This document shows, in pieces, positions 28,206-36,852 of a DNA stretch of 64,000 bases. Made by a program: the position numbers and the translations under genes. This stretch comes from an uncultured delta proteobacterium. GTDB lineage: Bacteria; Myxococcota_A; Polyangia; Polyangiales; JAFGIB01. The notes under the pieces are model-generated. The model worked only from the letters and a program-made list of their open reading frames with translations. It searched no databases and was not told where the DNA came from. The first letter of the stretch is position 1, and each line of letters begins with the position of its first letter. The stretch covers positions 704,001 through 768,000 of the forward strand of contig CAVZVA010000003.1 of assembly GCA_963778655.1 (NCBI GenBank), given 5' to 3'.

Positions 28206-29247
28206 CCGAAAAGTGTGGTGGCTTGCCTGGCTCCTACCCTGCGTGTGGCTCACGTGCGCGGCGTGCAGCGACAGCCATGGCTCGAGCTTCGGCAGCGAGT
28301 CCAACTGGTTACGCGCGTGTCACGAAGATTCCGATTGCAACGCCGGCGGCTGCGTGTGTGGTGTGTGCAGCGCGGATTGCAACGTGGATGGCGACTGCCC
28401 GAGCGGATCGCGCTGCAAATTCCAGGCCTCTGCGCTCTACGCGCAGACTTGCGGCGTGGACCTGAACGTGCACGGCCTGTGCGCGCCCGAGTGCAAGCGC
28501 GACCCGGACTGCGGCGCGGAGCAGGCGTGCATCGAGGGTGCCTGCGCGCCGGCAACGGCTGGTGGTGGCGACGCCGGCGCCGGTGCGACCGCATTGACCA
28601 CGGCGAATCCGGACGGCGGCGCGCAGGTCGCAGGTGCGCGGCAGCTTCTGGTCGATGCGCACCTCGACTTGACGCCTGCCTGCGCGCCCGACCTCGAGCA
28701 CCCGATCGGCAGCGGCGCGGGCGTGTTCGACATCGGCGGGATCACGGACAACAGCAACGACTGCAACAAGCCCTACATGCTGGCGCTGCGCGTGCGAAAC
28801 CTGACCTCCGAGCTCGTGCTCGCGACCAAGGTCCAGGTCCTGCTGTTCACGCTTGCCGGCCAGATCCTCGTCTTCAAACCTATCGCTCCCCCGCTGCCCA
28901 ATCCGTTCGAGCTGTCGATCACCGGCTCGGTTCCGGCCGCCACCGCTGGCGAGCCCGGCGTCGGCGGCATCCTGGCAGAGGCCATACCCACGGACTACGC
29001 CGGGCAGCTCGGCGCTTTTGCGGGGAGCGAGGTCGCGATTCGCGCACAGGTGGAGGGCGAAACGCTGAGCGGCACCGAGGTTCGCAGCAACGCCTTCGAG
29101 TACCGCGTGACCATTTGCGATCACTGTCTCATCCAGTGTCTCAGCGAAGTGAGCGGCTCGGGTCAGACGATCGATGCGGTCGTCGGTGGCAAATGCGATG
29201 ACCGCGCGGCCGCAGACGGCCGCTACTGCTTCGACTCGGGGTGTTGA
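28198..29247 (+). CDS. Cys-rich lipoprotein with unknown beta-rich C-terminal domain
   Basis: Overlaps the upstream gene by 8 bp; lipobox CAAC; 'SNWLRAC' Cys module homologous to 22356-23159. Confidence 0.75.
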   Translation: MHDRKVWWLAWLLPCVWLTCAACSDSHGSSFGSESNWLRACHEDSDCNAGGCVCGVCSADCNVDGDCPSGSRCKFQASALYAQTCGVDLNVHGLCAPECKRDPDCGAEQACIEGACAPATAGGGDAGAGATALTTANPDGGAQVAGARQLLVDAHLDLTPACAPDLEHPIGSGAGVFDIGGITDNSNDCNKPYMLALRVRNLTSELVLATKVQVLLFTLAGQILVFKPIAPPLPNPFELSITGSVPAATAGEPGVGGILAEAIPTDYAGQLGAFAGSEVAIRAQVEGETLSGTEVRSNAFEYRVTICDHCLIQCLSEVSGSGQTIDAVVGGKCDDRAAADGRYCFDSGC

Positions 29248-29360
29248 CGGGCGAGGCCGGCTCGAACGCAGCACGTAGGCCGCGCCCGCGGCGTCCAGAT
29301 CACCGGCGCAGCCCGCAGCGTCTCGCCGTAGAGCTGGTACGTGTTCGACGTGACCGAGCA

Positions 29361-29484
29361 CCGGTCGTATCTCATGACAACTGAGAGGAAGCGCGCAACG
29401 GCGAGGTGGGTTCAGGCGCCTCCGACGTCGTGCTCGCGAGCGGCGCGGAATCGATGAGCAACGCGCCGATCTAGATTCCGTGCA
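29361..29484 (+). repeat. 124-bp repeat, copy 2, containing a thiolase-like fragment
   Basis: Matches 23412-23535; one frame reads SGASDVVLASGAESMSNAPI*. Confidence 0.9.
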
Positions 29485-29546
29485 ACGTTTCGAGATGCTC
29501 ACCGGTGGCGAAGTTCTCGATGTCAACGACGGCGCGCGGGGCCGAC

Positions 29547-29593
29547 TTGAAGCGCCGGCTGGGCCCGTGCTTTACTGACAACCTGGTAAGTCA
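29547..29593 (+). promoter_or_regulatory. Putative promoter and TetR-like operator of the SDR-ACAD operon
   Basis: TTGAAG-N18-TTTACT, followed by imperfect palindrome TGACAACCTGGTAAGTCA (29576-29593) just before the ATG. Confidence 0.45.
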
Positions 29594-29596
29594 TTC

Positions 29597-30481
29597 ATGA
29601 CCCAGCCCTCGATCTTCGCGCCTGGTCTATTTCGCGATCGCGTGGCGATCGTCACCGGAGGTGCAACCGGCATCGGCCTGGCAATCGCCGAAGAGCTGAT
29701 CAAGCTCGGCGCGCGCGTGGTGATCGCGTCACGCAACGGCGCACGCCTGGAGGTCGCCGCACGCGGCTTGTCCGCGCAGTACGACGCCGAGGTGCTGCCG
29801 GTGGTGTGCAACATCCGCGATCGCGCCCAGGTCGAGGCGCTGTTTGACACCACGCTCGCGCGTTTCGGCCGCGTCGACTTCGTGGTGAACAACGGCGGCG
29901 GACAGTTCTTGTCGCCTGCGACCAGCATCACCGAGAAGGGTTGGAACGCCGTCCTCGACACGAACCTGACCGGCAGCTGGAACATGTGTCAGGTCGCGGC
30001 ACAGAAGTGGATGCTCGAACACGGCGGCAAGATCGTCGGCATCGTCGCGAACATGTGGCGAGGTTTCCCTGGCATGGTGCACACGGGCGCAGCGCGTGCC
30101 GGTGTGGTCAACATGGCGCAGACGCTGGCGATCGAGTGGGCTAGCGCGGGCATACGCATCAACTGCGTCGCGCCCGGGGTGATTCTCACCACCGGCATGC
30201 ACAACTATCCGCCGGGCACGATTGAAGCGGCGACGCGCAGCATTCCTCTGCGGCGCCTGGGCAGCGCCGAAGAAGTCGCGGGCGCCGTGCTCTACCTACT
30301 GTCCCCGGCAGGCGACTTCGTGACGGGTGCCACGCTGCGCGTCGATGGCGGCAGCTCGCTGTGGGGCGAGAGCTGGTCGATCCCGGTGCCCGCCCAGCTC
30401 GAACCCGTGCAGATCCCGCCGTGGCCCGAGGAGCGTTGGCCCGAGCATGCGACCGAAGGGGGGACCAAAGACAAAGGTTGA
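29597..30481 (+). CDS. SDR family oxidoreductase (trans-2-enoyl-CoA/2,4-dienoyl-CoA reductase-like)
   Basis: TGGATGIG, 'VNNGGGQF', 'HTGAARAGV', 'IRINCVAPG', 'TGATLRVDGG'. Confidence 0.92.
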   Translation: MTQPSIFAPGLFRDRVAIVTGGATGIGLAIAEELIKLGARVVIASRNGARLEVAARGLSAQYDAEVLPVVCNIRDRAQVEALFDTTLARFGRVDFVVNNGGGQFLSPATSITEKGWNAVLDTNLTGSWNMCQVAAQKWMLEHGGKIVGIVANMWRGFPGMVHTGAARAGVVNMAQTLAIEWASAGIRINCVAPGVILTTGMHNYPPGTIEAATRSIPLRRLGSAEEVAGAVLYLLSPAGDFVTGATLRVDGGSSLWGESWSIPVPAQLEPVQIPPWPEERWPEHATEGGTKDKG

Positions 30482-30490
30482 GGGCGCCGT

Positions 30491-31642
30491 ATGGAGCTGA
30501 GCGAAGCACAGAAGTCGATTCGCGATCAGTTTCGTCGCTTCATGGAGCGCGATGTCGAAGCGGCGACGGCCGCCATGGAGTCGGGCGCACAGCTGCCCTA
30601 CCCGCTGATGAAGAAAATGGTCGCCGAGCTGGGCCTGGCGATCGGCGCAGACAGGCTGGAGCGCGGCGAGTTGGCCGCCGAGGACGCAGACGGCGAGCGC
30701 GATCCCGAGCTGGCGGCGCTGATGCGCTTTGCGCAGACGCAGCTGATGGTGGAGATCTGTCGCGTCAACCCCGGCTTTGCGCTGTCGTACTTTGCCAGCG
30801 TGGGCCTGTTCGGCTTGAACGTGCGCAACAAGGGCACGCCAGAACAGGTCGCACGCTACGTGCCGCCGGTGCTCCGTGGCGAGAAGATCGGCTGCTGGGG
30901 GCTGACCGAGCCGGGCGCCGGTTCGAGCGCGCTGGCGTCGATGAGCACCAGCGCACGACTGGACGCTGACCACTACGTGCTGCGCGGCGAAAAGACGTTC
31001 ATCACCAACGCACCGCATGCCGACTTCTTCTTGATCTACGCCAAGAGCGACGAAGGTGAGGCGCAGGCGTTCTTGATCGAGCGTGGCACGCCGGGACTCG
31101 AGACCAGTCAGCCGTTTTCGAAGATGGGCATGCGCAGCTCACCGACCGGCGCCGTGTATCTGAACGACGTACGTGTGCCGCGGGCCAACTTGCTCGGCGC
31201 CGGCATCAAGGATCGCGCGCACATACGCAAGTCGCTCGCCACCGAGCGCATCGGCCTTGCCGCCATGAGCTACGGTATCGCGGAGCGCTGCTTCGAGATC
31301 GCAGTGGACTACGCAAAGTCCCGCGTGCAGGGCGGCCAGGCCATCGCGCAGCACCAATTGATTCAGCAGCGCCTCGCGCGCATGTACGTCGCGCTCAGCA
31401 ACGCGCGGCGCATCGTGTACGACCCCAACGAGATCAGCGTGCTGGATGCCTGCGCGGGCAAGCTCTACGTAGCCGAGGTCGGTACGTTCGTCGCGCTCGA
31501 GGCGATTCACATCTTGGGCGGGAACGGCTACATGGCCGAGTACGCTGTCGAGCGCTTGGCGCGCGATGCCAAGCTGGTGGAAATCGGCGGCGGCACGACC
31601 GAGATTCAGATCCTCACGATTGCGCGCCACCTGCTAGCGTAG
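30491..31642 (+). CDS. Acyl-CoA dehydrogenase
   Basis: 'WGLTEPGAGS', 'GEKTFITN', 'KMGMRSSPT', 'ILGGNGY...ERLARDAK..EIGGGTTEIQ'. Confidence 0.95.
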   Translation: MELSEAQKSIRDQFRRFMERDVEAATAAMESGAQLPYPLMKKMVAELGLAIGADRLERGELAAEDADGERDPELAALMRFAQTQLMVEICRVNPGFALSYFASVGLFGLNVRNKGTPEQVARYVPPVLRGEKIGCWGLTEPGAGSSALASMSTSARLDADHYVLRGEKTFITNAPHADFFLIYAKSDEGEAQAFLIERGTPGLETSQPFSKMGMRSSPTGAVYLNDVRVPRANLLGAGIKDRAHIRKSLATERIGLAAMSYGIAERCFEIAVDYAKSRVQGGQAIAQHQLIQQRLARMYVALSNARRIVYDPNEISVLDACAGKLYVAEVGTFVALEAIHILGGNGYMAEYAVERLARDAKLVEIGGGTTEIQILTIARHLLA

Positions 31643-31700
31643 ATCGTTTGCACACGACGCTCGAACGCGAGCAGGCAAAGCAGCGCGACGCTGATGGTGC

Positions 31701-31772
31701 AAGGTGACGACCACAAGCCTCTACGCCAAGCCGCGCCAGCAGGCGGCCCGCGCAGTGCTGGACGCCGTAGGC
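31701..31772 (+). pseudogene. Relic C-terminal end of a tyrosine integrase
   Basis: KVTTTSLYAKPRQQAARAVLDAVG parallels the island integrase tail RVSTTALYVHGNEKAAAEVLASL, including the catalytic Tyr; it sits next to att. Confidence 0.55.
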
Positions 31773-31870
31773 GAAGCGACCCGCAGCGCGCGCGGGGAGC
31801 AGAACGGCGGCGCCGCCTCGGCGCCTCACGTGAGCGCGCCAAATGCCTCCAAGCGCGCGCGGACGGCGAC

Positions 31871-31894
31871 GGATTCTGGGGCGGATTCTGGGGC
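31871..31894. repeat. Tandem 12-bp repeat GGATTCTGGGGC x2 (putative integrase arm sites of an older element)
   Basis: Same period, same ATTCTGG core and similar distance to att as the repeat at 50852-50875. Confidence 0.6.
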
Positions 31895-31972
31895 GCGAGC
31901 TGTTTTTTTGGCGAAACAGGGGTCGCAAAGCCGCACCCCCGAGGACCCGAAAACCCAAACAATCTCAACTTC

Positions 31973-32025
31973 GTGCGAAAGAGAGGACTCGAACCTCCAC
32001 GCCCTTGCGGGCACAGGAACCTGAA
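31973..32025 (-). repeat. att site: 53-bp duplicate of the tRNA-Leu 3' portion
   Basis: Identical to 50940-50992; identity ends in the anticodon loop. Confidence 0.97.
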
Positions 32026-32227
32026 CGGAGTGTGTTGTGCAGTGAGTTCAAGGGTTTCAGCGGGCTGCGTGCGTCAGGCAGCGTCAGAATGCGCCCCGAA
32101 GCGCCGCATTCTGGCCTCCCGGGGGCCACGCAACCGCGGCGCAGATGGTCGGGTGGGCGGCTGGTAGCCGTAGGTGCCCGGCGCCACCGTCGCCGCCGGG
32201 CAGCCACCGTGCTGACCCCTGAGACCG

Positions 32228-32513
32228 ATGGACCCGTTCGACCGGTTCACCTTCGATCCCGCCATCATGGGCGGACCGCGCCTGCAATCGCGGCATGCGC
32301 ATCCCCGTGTCCGTGGTGGTCGGCCAGCTCGCCCGCGGCGCGAGCGTGAAAGACGTGCTCGCTGATTTCCCCGACCTCGAAGAGGCCGACGTGCGGCAGG
32401 CATTGCAGTACGCCGCGTGCCTCACCACCGAAGAAGTGCGTCCGGTGCAGACCCCCCGTGCTCCAGCCGAACCGAGGCCGCCAGAGCGACCATCGCTGTT
32501 GGGCTTGCGGTAA
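32228..32513 (+). pseudogene. DUF433 antitoxin-like gene with a +1 frameshift at ~32276
   Basis: MDPFDRFTFDPAIMGG / RACNRGMRIPVSVVVGQLARGASVKDVLADFPDLEEADVRQALQYAA. Confidence 0.8.
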
Positions 32514-32576
32514 ACGGGACGGCATGCTTGCGTGATTCGGAGGCGGGTCCTTGCAGTCCGTTGGGCGCACCCAGAC

Positions 32577-33182
32577 ATGTCGCCATTCGAAGATTCGCTG
32601 CATGCGTTCGAGAAGGAACTCGGCTTGGCGGCGGGTTTCTTCCAGGCGCTCCTTCGAGAGGATGATTGGTCGTTCGTGATCAAGCTGCACGCAGTGATCG
32701 AGGCGGCAACGTCTCACCTGCTTGCGGAGACTCTTGGACGCACCGATCTTCTTGGTGTCCTTAGCCACCTCGAACTGGGAGACCAGAAGACGGGTAAAGT
32801 CGCGTTCGGTCGTGCGCTGAGCTGCTTGTCACACGACGATCGCCGGTTCATCACGACTCTCTCGAAGATTCGAAACACACTGGTCCATGACATTCGCAAT
32901 GCGGCGTTCTCCCTTCCTGAGTACGTCGCTCGGCTAGACAGGAACCAGATCCGCCAAATCGCAGAAGCGACCGTCGTTGCAGAACCAACTGCGGGTCGGC
33001 GGGCGCCGCCCACAGACGCCGTGCAATCCTTCCGAGGGAACCCGAAGCAACGTCTTTGGCACCGCGCAATGCTGATGGTGTTCGACGCGTACCAGAACAA
33101 GACAGCAGCCCAAGCCTCCCACTGGCAGAATAGGATGATGCGCGAGGCGATGGGTGTCGATGATGACGAGGACAATGACTGA
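32577..33182 (+). CDS. Helical protein with HEPN-like RxxxxH motif (MtlR-like clade)
   Basis: 'FVIKLHAVIEAATSHLL...KVAFGRAL...LSKIRNTLVH'. Confidence 0.6.
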   Translation: MSPFEDSLHAFEKELGLAAGFFQALLREDDWSFVIKLHAVIEAATSHLLAETLGRTDLLGVLSHLELGDQKTGKVAFGRALSCLSHDDRRFITTLSKIRNTLVHDIRNAAFSLPEYVARLDRNQIRQIAEATVVAEPTAGRRAPPTDAVQSFRGNPKQRLWHRAMLMVFDAYQNKTAAQASHWQNRMMREAMGVDDDEDND

Positions 33183-33428
33183 GCCTGAGGGCGCCGACCT
33201 TGAGTCGCAGCCCGACGGAGGCCCGTCCAGGCCTGTCCCGCTGTCGATCTTCGGGCTTAAAGCGGCGTACGCGGCCACGCACCCGTTGTGGTCGACAGCA
33301 AGGACACGGGCTCACAGTCGCAAGGCGGACCAAGCTCGCGCCGGAGCGCGACTGCGAGGACGCGCAACACCGCGCGCGTCGATTTCGATTGGGATCGGCC
33401 GCATCCGATTGGACAAAAACGCAGACGC

Positions 33429-33458
33429 TTGACAGTTTATCAAAAAAGAGCGATTCAT
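33429..33458 (+). promoter_or_regulatory. Putative sigma70 promoter of the two-gene IrrE operon
   Basis: Perfect TTGACA in an AT-rich patch; weak -10 just before ATG 33466; no obvious RBS, so possibly leaderless. Confidence 0.45.
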
Positions 33459-33465
33459 CGTTTCC

Positions 33466-34065
33466 ATGACGAAGCGCAGCGCTCCGCACCACTTCCACTC
33501 TGACCTCTCCCCGGAGCGCCTGGCGTTCATCGTGCAGGTGATTCGGGCCTGTCGGACTCAGGCGTACGACGCGCATGTAGGACTCGACGATGTCGAGTGG
33601 GCCTCGCAGTGCTTGGCATATAAGCTGACCCTGAACAAGTTTCGCAAATTGGCGAAGGTCGTCGTCCCCTGGCTTTCGTTTTGGAGCGAGGAGGAACTGG
33701 CTTACTTCATCGGTGTTGGTGTCGTTCCGGTCCGCTTGCAGCGCTCGGATCGGCCGATGAAGCCACGCATGATCACCGAGGGCAGGCTGGCTAACGCGAC
33801 TCAGACGCTCCTGCCGTTCGGCGATGGTCGACAGAAACTCGGTGATGTGCTTGTTCGTTTCGAGTTCCGGGTGGACGGACCGCAGATCGGTCTATGCGAA
33901 CTGGTCGTGTATAGCAACGACGGCAAGGTGGCGTATGGGCGCTGGCTCGTGGATGAACTGGACAGCGCAGTCCCGCTCGTGATGCACGAAGCTGACGACA
34001 TTCCGCCTGCTGACTTCGATCTCGGCGAGGAAGAAGAGGAAGATGGCGAGACTGAGCCTGGTTGA
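33466..34065 (+). CDS. Hypothetical protein with acidic tail; candidate toxin partner of the HTH-IrrE protein
   Basis: 199-aa ORF overlapping the downstream gene by 23 bp; no family recognised. Confidence 0.65.
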   Translation: MTKRSAPHHFHSDLSPERLAFIVQVIRACRTQAYDAHVGLDDVEWASQCLAYKLTLNKFRKLAKVVVPWLSFWSEEELAYFIGVGVVPVRLQRSDRPMKPRMITEGRLANATQTLLPFGDGRQKLGDVLVRFEFRVDGPQIGLCELVVYSNDGKVAYGRWLVDELDSAVPLVMHEADDIPPADFDLGEEEEEDGETEPG

Positions 34066-35158
34066 ACGCAACACCTTCCAGGAAGGCCTGACCCTCGCAA
34101 GGGAGTATCGAGGGCTCAGCCAAACCGAACTCGCGAAAAAGTCTGGCGTGGCGCGCCAGCAAATCGTGAACCTGGAGAGTGGGGTGACGCTTCACCCCAC
34201 AGACACTACGCGCGATGCGCTCTGCGCGTCGCTTGATGTGTTTCGCGAGTTCATGGAGATCATTCCAGACGAGTCTCCGTCGGAGCGCGTGCTCCACTTC
34301 CGCGGGAAGCCGCGCGTCACCGCGCGCATAAATCGTCAACTGGTGGCGCAGGGCAGCGTGTGGATTCGCTTCACACGCGCGGTGGAGAGCAGGGTCCGAC
34401 GTTTGCCGGAAGATGGCTTCTCTAAGATCGCGAACACTGGATCTATCGAAGATGTTGCGGCCCGCACGCGAAAGGCATGGGGACTGCGAGAGGATGCGCC
34501 GCTCAAGAATGTGACCAGGCTGCTGGAGCGTGCCGGCGCGTTCGTTGGAACGTTTGAGGGTGGCGAGGATGGCATCGACGCGTACTCGTGGCAGGGCGCC
34601 TCTCACTACATCCTTGGCAACGCGGATCGCGAGATGCCGTCAAGGACACGCCACAGCCGGCTTCACGAAGCGGGGCACCTGATTCTCCATCGGGGGCGTC
34701 AAACAGGAGATCCGGCGACCGAGGAGGAAGCACACCGCTTTGCTGGCGCCATGCTTCTTCCGCGGCGAGCCTTTTGGCAGGAGTTCCCGCGCGGCTCGCG
34801 TCTGAATTGGGACGGCATGTTCCGCATGAAGGAGCGCTGGGGCACGAGCGTGCAGGCGATCGTACGGCGCGCTTACGACCTGACCCTCATCGACGCTGCG
34901 CAGTACAAGCGCGCGTTTATCTACATCTCGTCAATGGGCTGGAGAAAAAGAGAGCCGAACGAAGCGAGCGAGGTGGAGCAGCCGGAGTTGCTACCGCGGG
35001 TCCTGGAGTCACTGGCACAGTCTAAGGGCGTGACGCCGAGCGAGTTGGGTCGATCGATCGGTTTGCCCGTGAGCACGCTCAGCAAGCTGGTTGGAACCGA
35101 CCTGTCCACGCTCGATGCGATGCGGACGGTGGTGAACATTAAGGCACCCAAGGCTTGA
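34043..35158 (+). CDS. XRE-HTH + ImmA/IrrE (DUF955) zinc metallopeptidase fusion
   Basis: 'LAREYRGLSQTELAKKSGVARQQIVNLESG'; HExxH 'LHEAGHLILH'; 'EEEAHRFAGAMLLP'; 'KERWGTSVQAIVRRAYDL'. Confidence 0.93.
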   Translation: MARLSLVERNTFQEGLTLAREYRGLSQTELAKKSGVARQQIVNLESGVTLHPTDTTRDALCASLDVFREFMEIIPDESPSERVLHFRGKPRVTARINRQLVAQGSVWIRFTRAVESRVRRLPEDGFSKIANTGSIEDVAARTRKAWGLREDAPLKNVTRLLERAGAFVGTFEGGEDGIDAYSWQGASHYILGNADREMPSRTRHSRLHEAGHLILHRGRQTGDPATEEEAHRFAGAMLLPRRAFWQEFPRGSRLNWDGMFRMKERWGTSVQAIVRRAYDLTLIDAAQYKRAFIYISSMGWRKREPNEASEVEQPELLPRVLESLAQSKGVTPSELGRSIGLPVSTLSKLVGTDLSTLDAMRTVVNIKAPKA

Positions 35159-36017
35159 AAACAACCACGGGCCGGTGCTTGCGACACTGGCCTGCTGGAC
35201 GCAGACGAGCTGCGGCCGTCATCCGCCGCTCTGGACGCGTGATGCCGGACTACGAAGCAAGGTGGGAGCGCCTGCCGTTGTTCGGGCGGCTAATGGTGCG
35301 GCGAAGGCCAGAGGTCGAGTCCGCCGTGGTTAACGGCTCGGCCAAACCTTCGATAATCGGCTGTATCGAGGCTTTCCGATCGCCCGCCGGCCAAACTCGG
35401 AGCCGCGGCAAACTTTGAAGGTATTGTGTAGAACAACGCCTTTCACCGCGCTGCCGGGGCCCACCGATAAGTGCTCCGCGGTCGAGCATTTGCGTCGTCG
35501 CCTCCGGACCGACCCGGTGCGCAAGGCCCGCCACCTGCCCGCTCGCCCGGGCGGCTGCCGCGAGCCGTTCAATCTCGTCGACCGCGGCCACGAGCCACCG
35601 TTCCTCGTGGACGTCCCCGAGCATTCAGGAGCGTGCCTTATGACCCGGGCCCCAAGAACCGGATCGACGATCGGACCTTTGGCCGAGACACGCCACGCCC
35701 GGTTCGCGGTCGCGGACGCGACCGGGGCGCGGCCCAGTGTACTACGAGGCTGGATTCGCCGAGGGCCGGGCACGCCCGTGATTCGGACGTGCAAGAAGGT
35801 CCGAGACAAGGACATGGCCTTCGACACGCGACAGAACGAACACATCCTGTCGGGCGACCCACCACACCTGGAGGCCCAGCTGATCGCGAAGATCGAGCGG
35901 CGTGGTTGAAAGCGCAGCTGACGCCGAACACGGCAAACGGCAGCGGGTCGAGATGTCATGAGTTGTCGCGCATACTCTCAGCCTGTCGTGCGCGACGCGG
36001 TTAGGAGCGAAGGAAGA

Positions 36018-36578
36018 ATGGCGATCTGGCAGTCACAAACACAGTCGATTTGGCAGCTGCTCGGGGCTCGCATCGGCACGGTCGAGGGGACTCCATCGAT
36101 CGACATCCGCGAGGTTCTGCGACATGCGCGCGCGTCTGGGTTCGATGGCTTCCAGCGCGCTGTGCTGCTGATCGGTGGAGATCCCGCCACTGTCGATTTG
36201 CGGTCCTGCACGCTGACGATCAGCGGCGGTCGCTCGCGAGTTATCAGCCTCGTCGCGTTACCATGCCCGTTCGGCGGCGTCCGTTGGCTTGCGAGCTGCC
36301 CGGCCTGTCATCGTCGCGCTGCACTGCTGTTCCGGCTTCGACGCGACGCGGTCTGGGCATGTAGGCGATGCCACGGGCTGCATCATGTAACGGCACTGGC
36401 GAACCGGCGCAAGCGGGAGGAGATCAAGGTGGCCCGGCTGCGCATGCGGCTGGGGTTGCGTGTTTGGTCGGATGGACCGCTGCCGGGCAGGGCGCCAAGG
36501 ATGCGGCGGTCGACCGAGACGCGCCTCCGGGAGGCACTTCGTGCCGCGGAGCAAGCTGCGGGCGTGCAACGCCGGTGA
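36018..36578 (+). CDS. Zn-finger-like hypothetical protein of a type seen in mobile elements
   Basis: 'PCPFGGVRWLASCPAC...WACRRCHGL'; RBS-like AAGGAAG; alternative start 35958. Confidence 0.6.
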   Translation: MAIWQSQTQSIWQLLGARIGTVEGTPSIDIREVLRHARASGFDGFQRAVLLIGGDPATVDLRSCTLTISGGRSRVISLVALPCPFGGVRWLASCPACHRRAALLFRLRRDAVWACRRCHGLHHVTALANRRKREEIKVARLRMRLGLRVWSDGPLPGRAPRMRRSTETRLREALRAAEQAAGVQRR

Positions 36579-36852
36579 GGCAGGCCTCACCTGATCGCTG
36601 GTCCGGGTACTGCTACGAGCCTCTCGATCTCCTCGACCGTGGGCCGCAGCGGTTCGACCAGCGGACCGCCGCAGAGCCCAAACGCGCCTTGCGCGCTTGC
36701 AACGGCGGCTGCGGGATGACTCCGTCCTAGCGAACGATCACGGCGAGGCCTCGGCGCCCGCAGGTGCCTGGCAAGAATGGTCGCGCCGACGCATGCCGCG
36801 TGCAAGACGATACCCGCGGGCCTTGTCGGATCCAACCAATAGTTAGGCGGAT

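Noticed and set aside
8765..31700. Integron cassette array
   Set aside because: Genes are in mixed orientation; no recurring attC-like palindromes and no IntI were found.
31973..32025. Second tRNA-Leu gene
   Set aside because: Only the 3' 53 bp are present; the D-arm and 5' acceptor strand are missing, so it is an att site.
35155..35960. Additional island CDSs (35155-35418, 35415-35909)
   Set aside because: No motifs, weak starts and competing frames; could not be supported.
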